Of a stretch of DNA of 64,000 nt, positions 10,101 through 19,203 are shown piece by piece (positions within the stretch are counted from its first letter, which is position 1; each line of letters starts with the position of its first letter). Made by a program: the position numbers and the translations under genes. Below the pieces are notes generated by a model, which searched no databases, was not told where the DNA came from, and was given only the letters and a program-made list of their open reading frames with translations. The stretch is from the IMG/VR virus record IMGVR_UViG_3300031787_008284, one strand, 5' to 3'. The stretch is from an uncultured virus (IMG/VR IMGVR_UViG_3300031787_008284) (lineage: Duplodnaviria > Heunggongvirae > Uroviricota > Caudoviricetes).

Positions 10101-11051
10101 CTACTTTTTTACAGAAAATCTTTTCTTATCGCGTTCCAGTGTTCTTTCAATCATTTCCTTTGAGTATTCGTCTAGTTTTTGAAGAGATTTTTCATCTAGG
10201 GGTTTACCATAGAAGTCTTCATATACTTTCTTATAGATTTCAACTGTGCTATCGAAAGGTACACCGGGCTGGGCATTTGACTCAATAACATAGATCTTAC
10301 CTTCTTTATCCTTCATCATATCAAAACAGATGTAAGGAAACTTTTCAAATATTTTGCAGTATTTTTCTAAAACCTTTTTATAGTCTTCTGGAATATTATC
10401 AACATTTCTCTTAGCATAATTAAATTCCATTTCCTCATCGGTCTTACCATCACCAGATTTTGCCTTACTGTTTGCAGGTGTTCTTTCCATCCAAAAAATA
10501 GGTTGACCTTTAAAGTTAAAGAATCTCATTTCCTCTACCTTATCTACATATTCAGAAAAAGTGTCAAATATCTTTTCATCAAGTTCTTCCATTAATTCAG
10601 GCTTCTTAATAACCTGAATTCCAATACCGCTATGACCATTTGCAGGCTTTGCAATGATAGGAAAGTTTAATTTCTCTAAAGCCTCGTTTTTTGAGTAAAC
10701 GGTCTTAGGTACATTTTCATCTTCACCTACAAGTTTATGAAACTCTTTCTTTGATCCAGATAGTGGAATATACTTAGGATGATTATAGATGTTTTCCTCT
10801 TTAATCAATTTTCTTTTTAGTAATTCATCAACTATAGTACTATGATAATTAAGTACAGGGTACTCAGGATTAATGTCTAACTTATCAATATTATTTTCGG
10901 TAACCTGAATAAAAAACTTATCACCGGCAAAACCTTTATAAGACCACCATCTCTGTCCACTATCTCGGCGGGTGGCTAAATATACTTTCTTTAATCCGTT
11001 ATCTTCAACGGCTTCATTTAAGAACTCTTCAAAAAGTTTGACATACTTCAT
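10101..11051 (-). CDS. ATP-grasp (RimK-like) ligase with capsid-targeting-like N-terminus
   Basis: Probable start MKYVKLFEEFLNE at 11051; VPKT, FPIIAKPANGHSGIGI, FDMM, YVIESNAQPG. Confidence 0.8.
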   Translation of the reverse strand: MKYVKLFEEFLNEAVEDNGLKKVYLATRRDSGQRWWSYKGFAGDKFFIQVTENNIDKLDINPEYPVLNYHSTIVDELLKRKLIKEENIYNHPKYIPLSGSKKEFHKLVGEDENVPKTVYSKNEALEKLNFPIIAKPANGHSGIGIQVIKKPELMEELDEKIFDTFSEYVDKVEEMRFFNFKGQPIFWMERTPANSKAKSGDGKTDEEMEFNYAKRNVDNIPEDYKKVLEKYCKIFEKFPYICFDMMKDKEGKIYVIESNAQPGVPFDSTVEIYKKVYEDFYGKPLDEKSLQKLDEYSKEMIERTLERDKKRFSVKK

Positions 11052-11068
11052 TGTTATAGATGATTTTA

Positions 11069-11950
11069 TTATATATCCATGAAAACCGCATCGGATATCC
11101 ACACATGTAAAGGATCATCTTTAACTCTTATAACCTCGGAATCTGATTCTATTTCAGATTCAATTTCTTTAATACCTTCTAAAGGATTACCATTAGGATC
11201 GATTAAGAATTCTCTTATCTCTGGAAAACTCATTGGTTCAAAAGAATGATCTAACATTTCATCTATTAAGCCAAAGTGCCTTTCATAAATATGAAGAGAA
11301 TGTACAATATGTGTATATGTACCTAATTCTAGATCTGGGTAATACTTTTTAAGATGCTCATACATCTGCTGTTGAAGAAGACAGAAAAATGCAATGTCAG
11401 TCGGTGTACCTAGAATAAGATCGTTTGATCTCATATCAATGGTAAAGTTAAGATGATTATCACGAATTTGAAATACGCCTGTAAGAGTACATACAAAATC
11501 TTTATTACCTTTCCACTGATGTGAAGGCATATTAAAATGAAGAATAGCTTGACGAGAATCTTTATCTTCAATTAAAGACTGTAATGCCCATTGGTACTGA
11601 TTAATACCATGAGGATTCTTATCCGTAAAGATAAGATTACCGTAAGCAGAATTTACCGTACCGTTTCCGTTATCAATTTGTTCCCAGAACTTTGCAAATT
11701 TTGAAATAAAATTAGTATCTCTACGGCCAGTAAAGTACCAAACTAATTCGGCTGCAATATATTTGAATTGACTACTCCTTCTATTATTTTCATAAAGAGG
11801 AAATGTAGGATCTTCGATAACTAACGCAGCATTAGTAACTTCATTAATTTTCATACCTCTTGGAGAGGTAACATATTCAGGATTTTGGAGTACATCAGTT
11901 AGTGCAGTTTGATACACATCAGCAAATGTTTCACCTTTGTAAATTCTCAT
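11069..11950 (-). CDS. Thymidylate synthase-fold enzyme, T4 gp42-like dCMP hydroxymethylase/methylase
   Basis: NSAYG, SRQA, DFVCT (catalytic Cys), MRSNDLILGTPTDIAFF, SLHIYERHF. Confidence 0.85.
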   Translation of the reverse strand: MRIYKGETFADVYQTALTDVLQNPEYVTSPRGMKINEVTNAALVIEDPTFPLYENNRRSSQFKYIAAELVWYFTGRRDTNFISKFAKFWEQIDNGNGTVNSAYGNLIFTDKNPHGINQYQWALQSLIEDKDSRQAILHFNMPSHQWKGNKDFVCTLTGVFQIRDNHLNFTIDMRSNDLILGTPTDIAFFCLLQQQMYEHLKKYYPDLELGTYTHIVHSLHIYERHFGLIDEMLDHSFEPMSFPEIREFLIDPNGNPLEGIKEIESEIESDSEVIRVKDDPLHVWISDAVFMDI

Positions 11951-12119
11951 ATTCTTTTAAAGCTTTTTCGTAACATTTTTCCATTTTAGGAAAGAACTCT
12001 TCTACGTATTTTTCGGCTTGTGCCTTTTTCATTTCGAGTTCATATAATTCCATCAACTTAGGATTATCCCAGAGATGATTCATTATCTCATACATGCGTT
12101 CTTCTCTCCACTTACTCAT
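11931..12119 (-). CDS. Hypothetical protein
   Basis: 62-aa ORF tightly coupled to its neighbours. Confidence 0.6.
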   Translation of the reverse strand: MSKWREERMYEIMNHLWDNPKLMELYELEMKKAQAEKYVEEFFPKMEKCYEKALKEYENLQR

Positions 12120-12711
12120 GACTAAACATAGATAATTGTTTAGGATCTCCGGTTATTGTATTTTCATGGGATAAAAACTCAATAATAATTTTGGAGACTT
12201 CATCGGCACCCATAGTACCTACATTAAGAAGAAGTTTATTTTTAATCTTACTCAAACGATGAGCACGTTGGAATCCATCAACCTCGGCTTTAATACCTTC
12301 TTCATTTTTATAAAATGATTTTCCATCATCTCTGCTCCAAATGGTATGAGGGTCATTTGTTAACGTAATAAGATAAAGATTTTCTCTTAATGTATTTACA
12401 AAACCTTTTTCAATATCAAAAACATAATCACCGGAATATCCACGGTAAAGTGGAGAGTAAATACTTTCACCTAAATGAGAACGATTAAAGATGATATTAA
12501 TATCTTGATCTTTACAGAGAACCATCATCTTAAACATGTCTTCATACATTTTCTTTGAATATGAAGTATGCATTTCAATATCATCTTTAAAGGGTAAAGA
12601 CGAATAATGAATCTTATGAAAGACAGTATCTTTAAGATTCTTAATAATAAGATTTTGCTGTGTATCTTTACCGGTATTATCGGTGCCTTCAATGATAATG
12701 AACTTACTCAT
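12112..12711 (-). CDS. Thymidylate/dNMP kinase-like protein
   Basis: IIIEGTDNTGKDT P-loop; FNRSHLGESIYSPLYRG. Confidence 0.8.
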   Translation of the reverse strand: MSKFIIIEGTDNTGKDTQQNLIIKNLKDTVFHKIHYSSLPFKDDIEMHTSYSKKMYEDMFKMMVLCKDQDINIIFNRSHLGESIYSPLYRGYSGDYVFDIEKGFVNTLRENLYLITLTNDPHTIWSRDDGKSFYKNEEGIKAEVDGFQRAHRLSKIKNKLLLNVGTMGADEVSKIIIEFLSHENTITGDPKQLSMFSHE

Positions 12712-12725
12712 TTTATTTTTATATG

Positions 12726-13205
12726 TTAGAAGTTATGATTGTTTATCTCAATGTCAAAATCTGTAAAATTAGCAAAGTCATTTTCATCTGCCTGAATTCT
12801 ACGTTCCAATGTATCACCTGGCATATTGCGGCTAATAAGTCTTTGGCGTCTTACTTCAATTGGCATATTGAGATAAATGATTGTACATTCTTTACGATCA
12901 ATTGGATTGATATGAGAAATGCCTTTAGGTGTCATTATAAATAAGTTACACTGTTCCTTGAACTGTTTATAACTTGTTCCATAATACCAACCATTAAATT
13001 CAACCCATTCATACCAAAAGTTATTCTTAATACCATCATCAAATTGTTCTTTTGACATAAAGTAATAATCTTGGCCGTCAATCTCACCTTCTCTCGGTGG
13101 TCGAGTGGTATAAGAAATACCGTAGATAAATCCACGGCCTTCCATTACCTTTCTCATGTGATCTTTACCTGCAGCGGCTTTACCTACTAGGATTACTTTA
13201 TTCAT
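12726..13205 (-). CDS. Guanylate kinase-like protein
   Basis: Probable start MNKVIL; GKAAAGKD, SYTTRPPREGEIDGQDYYF, WYYGT. Confidence 0.88.
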   Translation of the reverse strand: MNKVILVGKAAAGKDHMRKVMEGRGFIYGISYTTRPPREGEIDGQDYYFMSKEQFDDGIKNNFWYEWVEFNGWYYGTSYKQFKEQCNLFIMTPKGISHINPIDRKECTIIYLNMPIEVRRQRLISRNMPGDTLERRIQADENDFANFTDFDIEINNHNF

Positions 13206-13458
13206 TATCTTCTGATTTTGAACCTGCAATAGGAGTGTTTACGGTTGTGCCTGGTGAGGTTGATGAAAAACTATACCAAAGATCGCCTGGTTTATAAGGC
13301 GGAGAATAAGGTTGAATGGTTGGCGTAGGGCTAGGTATGTAAAAAGGCTGATTTCTATTTACCTCGGCTTGTAAAAGTACTATGGCTTCCTCTGCAGTAA
13401 TATGTCTTTCATCAAGAAGTCTTTGTACTATCTCAGTTACCGTTTTCATTGGCTGCAT
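13198..13458 (-). CDS. Hypothetical protein
   Basis: 86-aa ORF in operon context. Confidence 0.6.
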   Translation of the reverse strand: MQPMKTVTEIVQRLLDERHITAEEAIVLLQAEVNRNQPFYIPSPTPTIQPYSPPYKPGDLWYSFSSTSPGTTVNTPIAGSKSEDNE

Positions 13459-13669
13459 TTTTTACCTCAAAGGTATTTTCTAAAGTTTGAATGCAATCAT
13501 TGGCCTCAGCAAGAGATCTTGTTAAGGTCATCATTTCATCTATATGCTGTGGATGTTCACCGATACCTACTGGATTTGTTAAGTAGATAGTAAGTGTGGC
13601 AAGAGCCTTTTGTTTTTGTGCTTCAAATTGTGCTTTGAGAGCATCATACATTACATTAGTTGGTCCCAT
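13433..13669 (-). CDS. Conserved phage hypothetical protein
   Basis: YLTNPVGIGEHP motif. Confidence 0.7.
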   Translation of the reverse strand: MGPTNVMYDALKAQFEAQKQKALATLTIYLTNPVGIGEHPQHIDEMMTLTRSLAEANDCIQTLENTFEVKNAANENGN

Positions 13670-13671
13670 AA

Positions 13672-13899
13672 TTAGTCTAATAAAAGTTTAGAGTTTTGAA
13701 AATTGTTTTTAATTTTTTCATTAAAGAATTTTCCTTGAGATTCTGCTCTACAAAATTCTTCATATGTTTGAGAGTCAACATTTGAATATTCATAGATAGT
13801 ACCTGAATTAAATTCAATTTTTAATGTGTTTGCAGAAAAATTATAAACTGCTTTTTTAATCATTGATGAGTCTGTCATCGAGGTTTGTTCTATTAACAT
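13672..13899 (-). CDS. KTSC-domain protein
   Basis: Probable start MLIEQ; SSMIKKAVY...LKIEFNSGTIYEYSNV...AESQGKFFNEKIK. Confidence 0.88.
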   Translation of the reverse strand: MLIEQTSMTDSSMIKKAVYNFSANTLKIEFNSGTIYEYSNVDSQTYEEFCRAESQGKFFNEKIKNNFQNSKLLLD

Positions 13900-13900
13900 A

Positions 13901-14062
13901 TTATTGATTTTTTGATTGATCACCGTTTAATACTTTAAACATTTTCTTTAGTTCTGTGATAGGTAATACTTTAATTTTAGATAAGGATTCCCATGCTTCT
14001 TCCTCGGTATTTGCCTTACACGTCCACTTAACTCCTGAACCTACTATAATAAATGTTTTCAT
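13901..14062 (-). CDS. Small hypothetical protein, 53 aa (not in ORF track)
   Basis: Hand translation MKTFIIVGSGVKWTCKANTEEEAWESLSKIKVLP...; promoter-like motif upstream. Confidence 0.6.
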   Translation of the reverse strand: MKTFIIVGSGVKWTCKANTEEEAWESLSKIKVLPITELKKMFKVLNGDQSKNQ

Positions 14063-14101
14063 GGATTTATTTTTTATATTGAAGTATCTTAATAAGTTTC
14101 A

Positions 14102-15445
14102 TTACCCTAATGATTTTTTCAATTGTTCAAGATCAGTTATATACATGTCCTTAGGATCAGTTTTCTTAATGGCTTCTACCTCAGATTCCTTTTCTGTTTT
14201 TTGTTTAAGTAGTTCTTCAAATCTCTCCTTAGTTAATGAATAGATTGCCATACTTAATAGGTATGTATATGAACCATCAATCTTATCATATTTGTTATCT
14301 TCCAGGTATTTAACAATGATATCTTTTGCTACATTATTTACCTTAAGTTTTCCTTCAATAATATCTTTAATGAATCTTGCCTTATTTGATATGATAAGAA
14401 GCTCTCTTCCTAATTTATCAAGAAGATAGGCCTTTCTCTTATGATAATACTGAAGTCTTATTCCAACAAAGTGGGTTACAATATCTTCAGCTTTGGTAAA
14501 GATCTTTAATTTACCAGTCTCATCGATAGTGGTAAGGTTTTCAGTTTCTTGTGAATGAATCTTTAACAGATTTTCTAGTCTATCCTTTGAAATATAGTCC
14601 TTAAGAATTGCTCGTTGAAATTTAAGAAGGTATTCAATTTTATCTGATGAATTATCTTCATAATCAACAATGATCTTTTTATCAACCAGAGCGTTTAACC
14701 ACTCTTCATATCTCTCATAAGTAAATGAAGGTGGAATTTCTGTTACTTTTACTGTTGTACTATTTACTATTTCATATGATCCACTAATCTTCCACGTATT
14801 AGGATTACCAGGATCTCTAGTAAATGATCCCTTAAATTCACTTAACCAAGGAGGAAGTGTTTTAATCTTCTTATCCTTAAGAACGGCCAAACATGCTTCA
14901 ACTACATCTTTAGGATTACGATTAAGAATGTTAGTTGCAAATCCTACAGCAATACCAGAAGATCCATTTAAGATAACGGTTGGAACGATAGGAAGAAAGA
15001 AGTCTGGTTCAATTTCTACACCTTCTTCAATCTTATTATTAAGAAGGTCAAAATCCTGATAAATTAATCTAAAATTAGGATGTAATTTTGCACTGATGTA
15101 ACGAGGTGCACCGGCAGAAGGGGAACGTAAAGATCCAAATTGGCCAATGCCATCCAAAAGAGGTAAAGAGTTCTTAAACTTCTGTGCCATACCAACCATA
15201 GCAGATTCCAAGGAAGTATTACCATGATGATAATATGCCTCTGCCGCTACACGGCCTGCAAGTTGGAATAGTTTCATTGGCTTTTCTGCTCCATTTTTCC
15301 AGATTTTATTTGCCACGAAAACGACCTTCCGTTGTGTTGGTTTAAGACCGTCAATACAGCTAGGGATTGCACGATTTTCTACAACATATTTGGCATACTC
15401 CAAATATTCTTTATCAAAGAATGATGTTACTGTTCTTTTTTCCAT
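14102..15445 (-). CDS. DNA topoisomerase II, gp52-like (GyrA/ParC-type) subunit
   Basis: RAIPSCIDGLKPTQRK, YHHG, GQFGS, APRYI (catalytic Tyr), GIAVGFAT. Confidence 0.95.
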   Translation of the reverse strand: MEKRTVTSFFDKEYLEYAKYVVENRAIPSCIDGLKPTQRKVVFVANKIWKNGAEKPMKLFQLAGRVAAEAYYHHGNTSLESAMVGMAQKFKNSLPLLDGIGQFGSLRSPSAGAPRYISAKLHPNFRLIYQDFDLLNNKIEEGVEIEPDFFLPIVPTVILNGSSGIAVGFATNILNRNPKDVVEACLAVLKDKKIKTLPPWLSEFKGSFTRDPGNPNTWKISGSYEIVNSTTVKVTEIPPSFTYERYEEWLNALVDKKIIVDYEDNSSDKIEYLLKFQRAILKDYISKDRLENLLKIHSQETENLTTIDETGKLKIFTKAEDIVTHFVGIRLQYYHKRKAYLLDKLGRELLIISNKARFIKDIIEGKLKVNNVAKDIIVKYLEDNKYDKIDGSYTYLLSMAIYSLTKERFEELLKQKTEKESEVEAIKKTDPKDMYITDLEQLKKSLG

Positions 15446-17322
15446 TAGAAAAGAGATTTATTGCTTGTTTTAATTTCAACAGATTCGCCTAGAATCTTCT
15501 TTTTACGAGGGCTAGAGTCACCTGCAAACCAGATATTTAATGTACTGTTAAATCCATTATCTCTGGTAAGAAAGTATGATCTAGGGCTTCTAATGATCTC
15601 CTGATATTCATCGTCCTCCAATGCAGCCAATCCTTTCTTATATTCAATATTCCATGAGGATAATGATTTTTGTTTTAACTCCCATTCTTTATAATCTTCT
15701 TCAGAATAAAAGCTTAAAGTTTCCTTTCCTTTCTTTGCTACCATAAGAGGTGTTTCTACCTTAAGAACTTTACCTTCTTCAAATAACTCAGGCCAATATT
15801 TACCAAAGAAATTAATTAGCAATGCAGAAATTGAATTCCCATCAACATCGGCATCAGTATAGAATAAGATCTTACCATATCTTAAGTCCTTTGGTTCATG
15901 ACCAATCTTTAATCCTATTGCAGCCATAAGAGATTGTACTTCTTTATTTTGTACCACCTTTGAATCAGGAATCTCTCTTACATTAATAAATTTACCGCGA
16001 AGAGGAAACGCACCTTGCGTTAGCGGATCACGGTAACGACGAAACGCAGAGGATGCAGAGTCACCTTCAAATATTGCAAGAGTACAATTTTTTCTATCAC
16101 CGGTTTTCTTAGCATCGATTAATTTAATTACCTTTGACTTATCGAGGTTATTATTTAATTTTCTAAGTTTTGCTCTTTCTTCGGCTGCCTGCTTTCTTTC
16201 AATCCAGTCAAGAACAGATTGGATGATTTCAGATGCAAATACTTGTTTAAGAATCTTTTCTGATAGTTCATGTATACTCCCAAAGTCTTTAGGTTCAGTA
16301 ATGAGTTTCTCCTTAGTTTGAGACGAGAATGCAGGATTAATAACTGTGCAATCAATAAAGAGAAAGATGTGTTGTTTTAGATCGGTTGGTTTTACATCAA
16401 CCCGATATTTTTTCTTAATCTTTTCTCTAAGGTATTGGATGATTTGAAATGTAACATTATTAACATGGGTGCCACCATCCTTTGTTTCAACCGAATTGAC
16501 GAATGATATTGCTTTAAATCCTGATGTTGAATGTCCTATACCAATTTTCCAATTAGGAGACTGTTCATAGAAAACATTATCAGTATAAAGATCTGCATAT
16601 TCTTTAAAGTTCTTAAACGATATTAAGGTATCATTAAGATAGATCTTAAGCAAAGTATTACATGCAGCAATATCATAAAGCCTTTTCTGAATCATTTGCA
16701 GAGAAGACTTATCAATTTTCTTCATTCCAAATCTTTCAAAATCTGCAATATAAGAAATTTCAGTATAGCCTTTCTTATGTGATTTAATTACAGGTTCTGT
16801 CTTTTTGGACATGTTATCTGAAAATACCTGCACAAATGATTTTTTACCATCACATGTTTCAATTTTGAATTCTTTACTAAAGATATTGGTTAATGTACTA
16901 CCTACACCATTAGTACCTACAACAGTACGGTCTTCAGTATCATCAAAATTACTACCAGTCTTAAGATTACTAAAGATCATTTCTGGAACCCATTCTCCGT
17001 ACTCTTTATGGATCTCTACAGGAATTCCTCCATTATCCCAGATTGATATTCTGCCAGATACTTCATCAATAGTAATTTTAATCTGGTTAAGTTGAGGATT
17101 TCTTTTATGTTCATCAACTGAATTTGATACGATCTCGTCAAAAAGTTTTATGAAACCTGGATTATAAGTAATCTCCGTAGGTTCAAATTTACCTTTCTTT
17201 TCGTTAAGAAGAAATACTTCCTCGGTATGCGGTTTAATTGAACCGATGTACATACCTGGACGAAGGAGAACGTGTTCAGTGTCAGTAAGTTTTTGATACC
17301 TCTTTTCTACACTTACGGCCAT
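15445..17322 (-). CDS. DNA topoisomerase II, gp39+60-like (GyrB/ParE-type) subunit
   Basis: EHVLLRPGMYIG, EIVSNSVD, GTNGVG, EGDSA, PLRGK, DADVDG, YKKGLA. Confidence 0.95.
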   Translation of the reverse strand: MAVSVEKRYQKLTDTEHVLLRPGMYIGSIKPHTEEVFLLNEKKGKFEPTEITYNPGFIKLFDEIVSNSVDEHKRNPQLNQIKITIDEVSGRISIWDNGGIPVEIHKEYGEWVPEMIFSNLKTGSNFDDTEDRTVVGTNGVGSTLTNIFSKEFKIETCDGKKSFVQVFSDNMSKKTEPVIKSHKKGYTEISYIADFERFGMKKIDKSSLQMIQKRLYDIAACNTLLKIYLNDTLISFKNFKEYADLYTDNVFYEQSPNWKIGIGHSTSGFKAISFVNSVETKDGGTHVNNVTFQIIQYLREKIKKKYRVDVKPTDLKQHIFLFIDCTVINPAFSSQTKEKLITEPKDFGSIHELSEKILKQVFASEIIQSVLDWIERKQAAEERAKLRKLNNNLDKSKVIKLIDAKKTGDRKNCTLAIFEGDSASSAFRRYRDPLTQGAFPLRGKFINVREIPDSKVVQNKEVQSLMAAIGLKIGHEPKDLRYGKILFYTDADVDGNSISALLINFFGKYWPELFEEGKVLKVETPLMVAKKGKETLSFYSEEDYKEWELKQKSLSSWNIEYKKGLAALEDDEYQEIIRSPRSYFLTRDNGFNSTLNIWFAGDSSPRKKKILGESVEIKTSNKSLF

Positions 17323-17357
17323 ACCTTTTATTTTTATATGCTAAAACTCTGTTTGGT

Positions 17358-17555
17358 TTAATTATATTGATGTCTAAGTGTAAGTTTCAGAAAGGCTTTA
17401 TATGAATTATAGGCTTCCCTAAATCGTGGATCTTTTTCATTATGTTTCCATTTTGCTGAAAACAAATGAATAAGTTTAACCAAAGACTCGTAATGAACGG
17501 TCTTGTTGTCTTTGTTTAGGATAACCCTGCGTACCCAAATAAAATCCTTTTTCAT
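17358..17555 (-). CDS. Hypothetical protein
   Basis: 65-aa ORF behind a TTTCA-N17-TTATATTT motif. Confidence 0.6.
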   Translation of the reverse strand: MKKDFIWVRRVILNKDNKTVHYESLVKLIHLFSAKWKHNEKDPRFREAYNSYKAFLKLTLRHQYN

Positions 17556-17605
17556 ACCTAAACTATTTATTCAAATATAATACATAGATATGATTTCTGA
17601 AAGAG

Positions 17606-17690
17606 CGGAAGGTGAGGGGATCGAACCCTCGCGCCGTTGCCGACCTAACAGTTTAGCAAACTGCCCCCTTCACCACTTGGGTAACCTTCC
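17606..17690 (-). tRNA. tRNA-Ser(GCT)
   Basis: GGAAGGT acceptor, loop TT-GCT-AA, long variable arm, GGTTCGATCC. Confidence 0.92.
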
Positions 17691-17691
17691 T

Positions 17692-18141
17692 TTATCTACA
17701 GCAATAATCAGCTGCACGAGTTGCAATTTGCTCGTTAGGTTTTACATTTACTTTATAGCCCAGAGAATTTGCCCACCCTTTAGCCGCAGAAATAATTCTA
17801 TATGATTTGTGTTCTTCATCTCCGTTATAGTCCATATCAATTTGAACCTTAACATTAATCTGTTGTGTAAGCCATTCAGCGGTTTCAATACTCATCTCGG
17901 CTTCTTTCCAAAGACGTGTCCACATATCAGTGATCTTTGGCATTTTATGTTTAGTAAAAATATAATGTACACCTGATGATCCAAAGCGATATGCTATCAC
18001 TGTGCTATACATAGTTACATCACCATGATTTTGTGAATCGGTTCCAATGTGAATCGATGCATGAGGATAATTCTTTAACTGCTCGAGGGTGTGATCTATC
18101 ACATTAACCTTGACTCCATTTGTCTTTCTAAACACCTTCAT
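17692..18141 (-). CDS. RNase H-like YkuK (DUF458) family protein
   Basis: IHIGTDSQ, RLWKEAEMS, QIDMDYN, KP...ATRAAD. Confidence 0.85.
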   Translation of the reverse strand: MKVFRKTNGVKVNVIDHTLEQLKNYPHASIHIGTDSQNHGDVTMYSTVIAYRFGSSGVHYIFTKHKMPKITDMWTRLWKEAEMSIETAEWLTQQINVKVQIDMDYNGDEEHKSYRIISAAKGWANSLGYKVNVKPNEQIATRAADYCCR

Positions 18142-18158
18142 TCATTTTATGTATTTCG

Positions 18159-18231
18159 CACGCCTGGATGGGTTCGAACCACCGACACCTGGTTTTGGAG
18201 ACCAGTGCTCTACCAACTGAGCTACAGACGC
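18159..18231 (-). tRNA. tRNA-Trp(CCA)
   Basis: Cloverleaf, CTGGT-CTCCAAA-ACCAG. Confidence 0.92.
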
Positions 18232-18239
18232 ATTTATTG

Positions 18240-18310
18240 AGGCACCAACAGGAATCGAACCTGTGTGAAAGGTTTTGCAGACCTCCACCTAACCACTCGG
18301 CCATAGTGCC
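18240..18310 (-). tRNA. tRNA-Cys(GCA)
   Basis: Cloverleaf, loop CT-GCA-AA, U discriminator. Confidence 0.92.
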
Positions 18311-18316
18311 ATTATG

Positions 18317-18391
18317 GGTGATTAATGGGAGTCGAACCCACGACCTTCTGAACCACAATCAGATGCTCTAACCAACTGAGCTATAACCACC
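18317..18391 (-). tRNA. tRNA-His(GTG)
   Basis: Cloverleaf with encoded G-1 and C73, loop TT-GTG-GT. Confidence 0.92.
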
Positions 18392-18396
18392 ATGTG

Positions 18397-18470
18397 TTGG
18401 AATAGGCAGACTCGAACTGCCGACCCTTCGCGTATCAGACGAATGCTCTAACCAACTGAGCTATATTCCA
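18397..18470 (-). tRNA. tRNA-Ile(GAT)
   Basis: TGGAATA/TATTCCA acceptor, loop CT-GAT-AC. Confidence 0.9.
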
Positions 18471-18528
18471 ATGTCACAGGACCCGCACCCTGTTCTGAAC
18501 TTGTACTTTGTTCTATTAAGCGTTTTTG

Positions 18529-18600
18529 CTCCCCGGGGGAATTACGATATCCCGACCCCATGATTAACAGTCATGTGCTCTGCCTCTGAGCTACCGAGGA
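18529..18600 (-). tRNA. tRNA-Asn(GTT), non-canonical T-loop
   Basis: CATGA-CTGTTAA-TCATG; T arm GGGAT-ATCGTAA-TTCCC. Confidence 0.85.
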
Positions 18601-18683
18601 ATAAAAGTAATAAGCAGAGGCTTTGGGTTAGACACGCCCTAATATTACATAGGAGACCCCTTAGATGCTTACCTATTACTTAG

Positions 18684-18756
18684 TGGTGATGGACGGAATC
18701 GAACCGCCGACACAAGGATTTTCAGTCCTTTGCTCTACCAACTGAGCTACATCACC
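18684..18756 (-). tRNA. tRNA-Phe(GAA)
   Basis: Cloverleaf, AAGGA-CTGAAAA-TCCTT. Confidence 0.93.
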
Positions 18757-18761
18757 ATTAG

Positions 18762-18834
18762 TAGTCAATAAAGGACTCGAACCCTTATCTCTTGATCCGT
18801 AGTCAAGTGTTCTATCCAATTGAACTAATCGACT
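18762..18834 (-). tRNA. tRNA-Arg(ACG)
   Basis: CTTGA-CTACGGA-TCAAG. Confidence 0.9.
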
Positions 18835-18839
18835 AAATG

Positions 18840-18913
18840 TGGACCTTGCAGGGCTCGAACCTGCGACCTGCGGATTATGAGTCCGATGCTCTAACCAACT
18901 GAGCTAAAGGTCC
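18840..18913 (-). tRNA. tRNA with CAT anticodon, probably Ile2 (lysidine type)
   Basis: GGACCTT acceptor resembling bacterial tRNA-Ile2; loop CT-CAT-AA. Confidence 0.8.
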
Positions 18914-18918
18914 AAATG

Positions 18919-19001
18919 TTGGAAGGGACGGATTCGAACCGCCGTACTCCGAAGAGAGCAGATTTACAGTCTGCCGGTTTTAACCACTCACCCACCTTCC
19001 A
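18919..19001 (-). tRNA. tRNA-Tyr(GTA)
   Basis: GCAGA-CTGTAAA-TCTGC, long variable arm. Confidence 0.92.
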
Positions 19002-19123
19002 ATAAAAGAGAGACTTCGGGTCTTTCGGGCATTCTGTGATATAATCAACACATCTGAATCTCCTAATGCCTTTTTGACAGTCAGCGGGATTAAGACCATA
19101 TCATACAGCTTCACTATCTCTCT

Positions 19124-19198
19124 TGGTGCACCCTGATGGTTTCGAACCACCGACCCTCTGCATGTAAGGCAGATGCTCTCCCACTGAGCTAAGGGTGC
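19124..19198 (-). tRNA. tRNA-Val(TAC), CCA encoded
   Basis: TCTGC-CTTACAT-GCAGA. Confidence 0.92.
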
Positions 19199-19203
19199 AT
19201 TAG

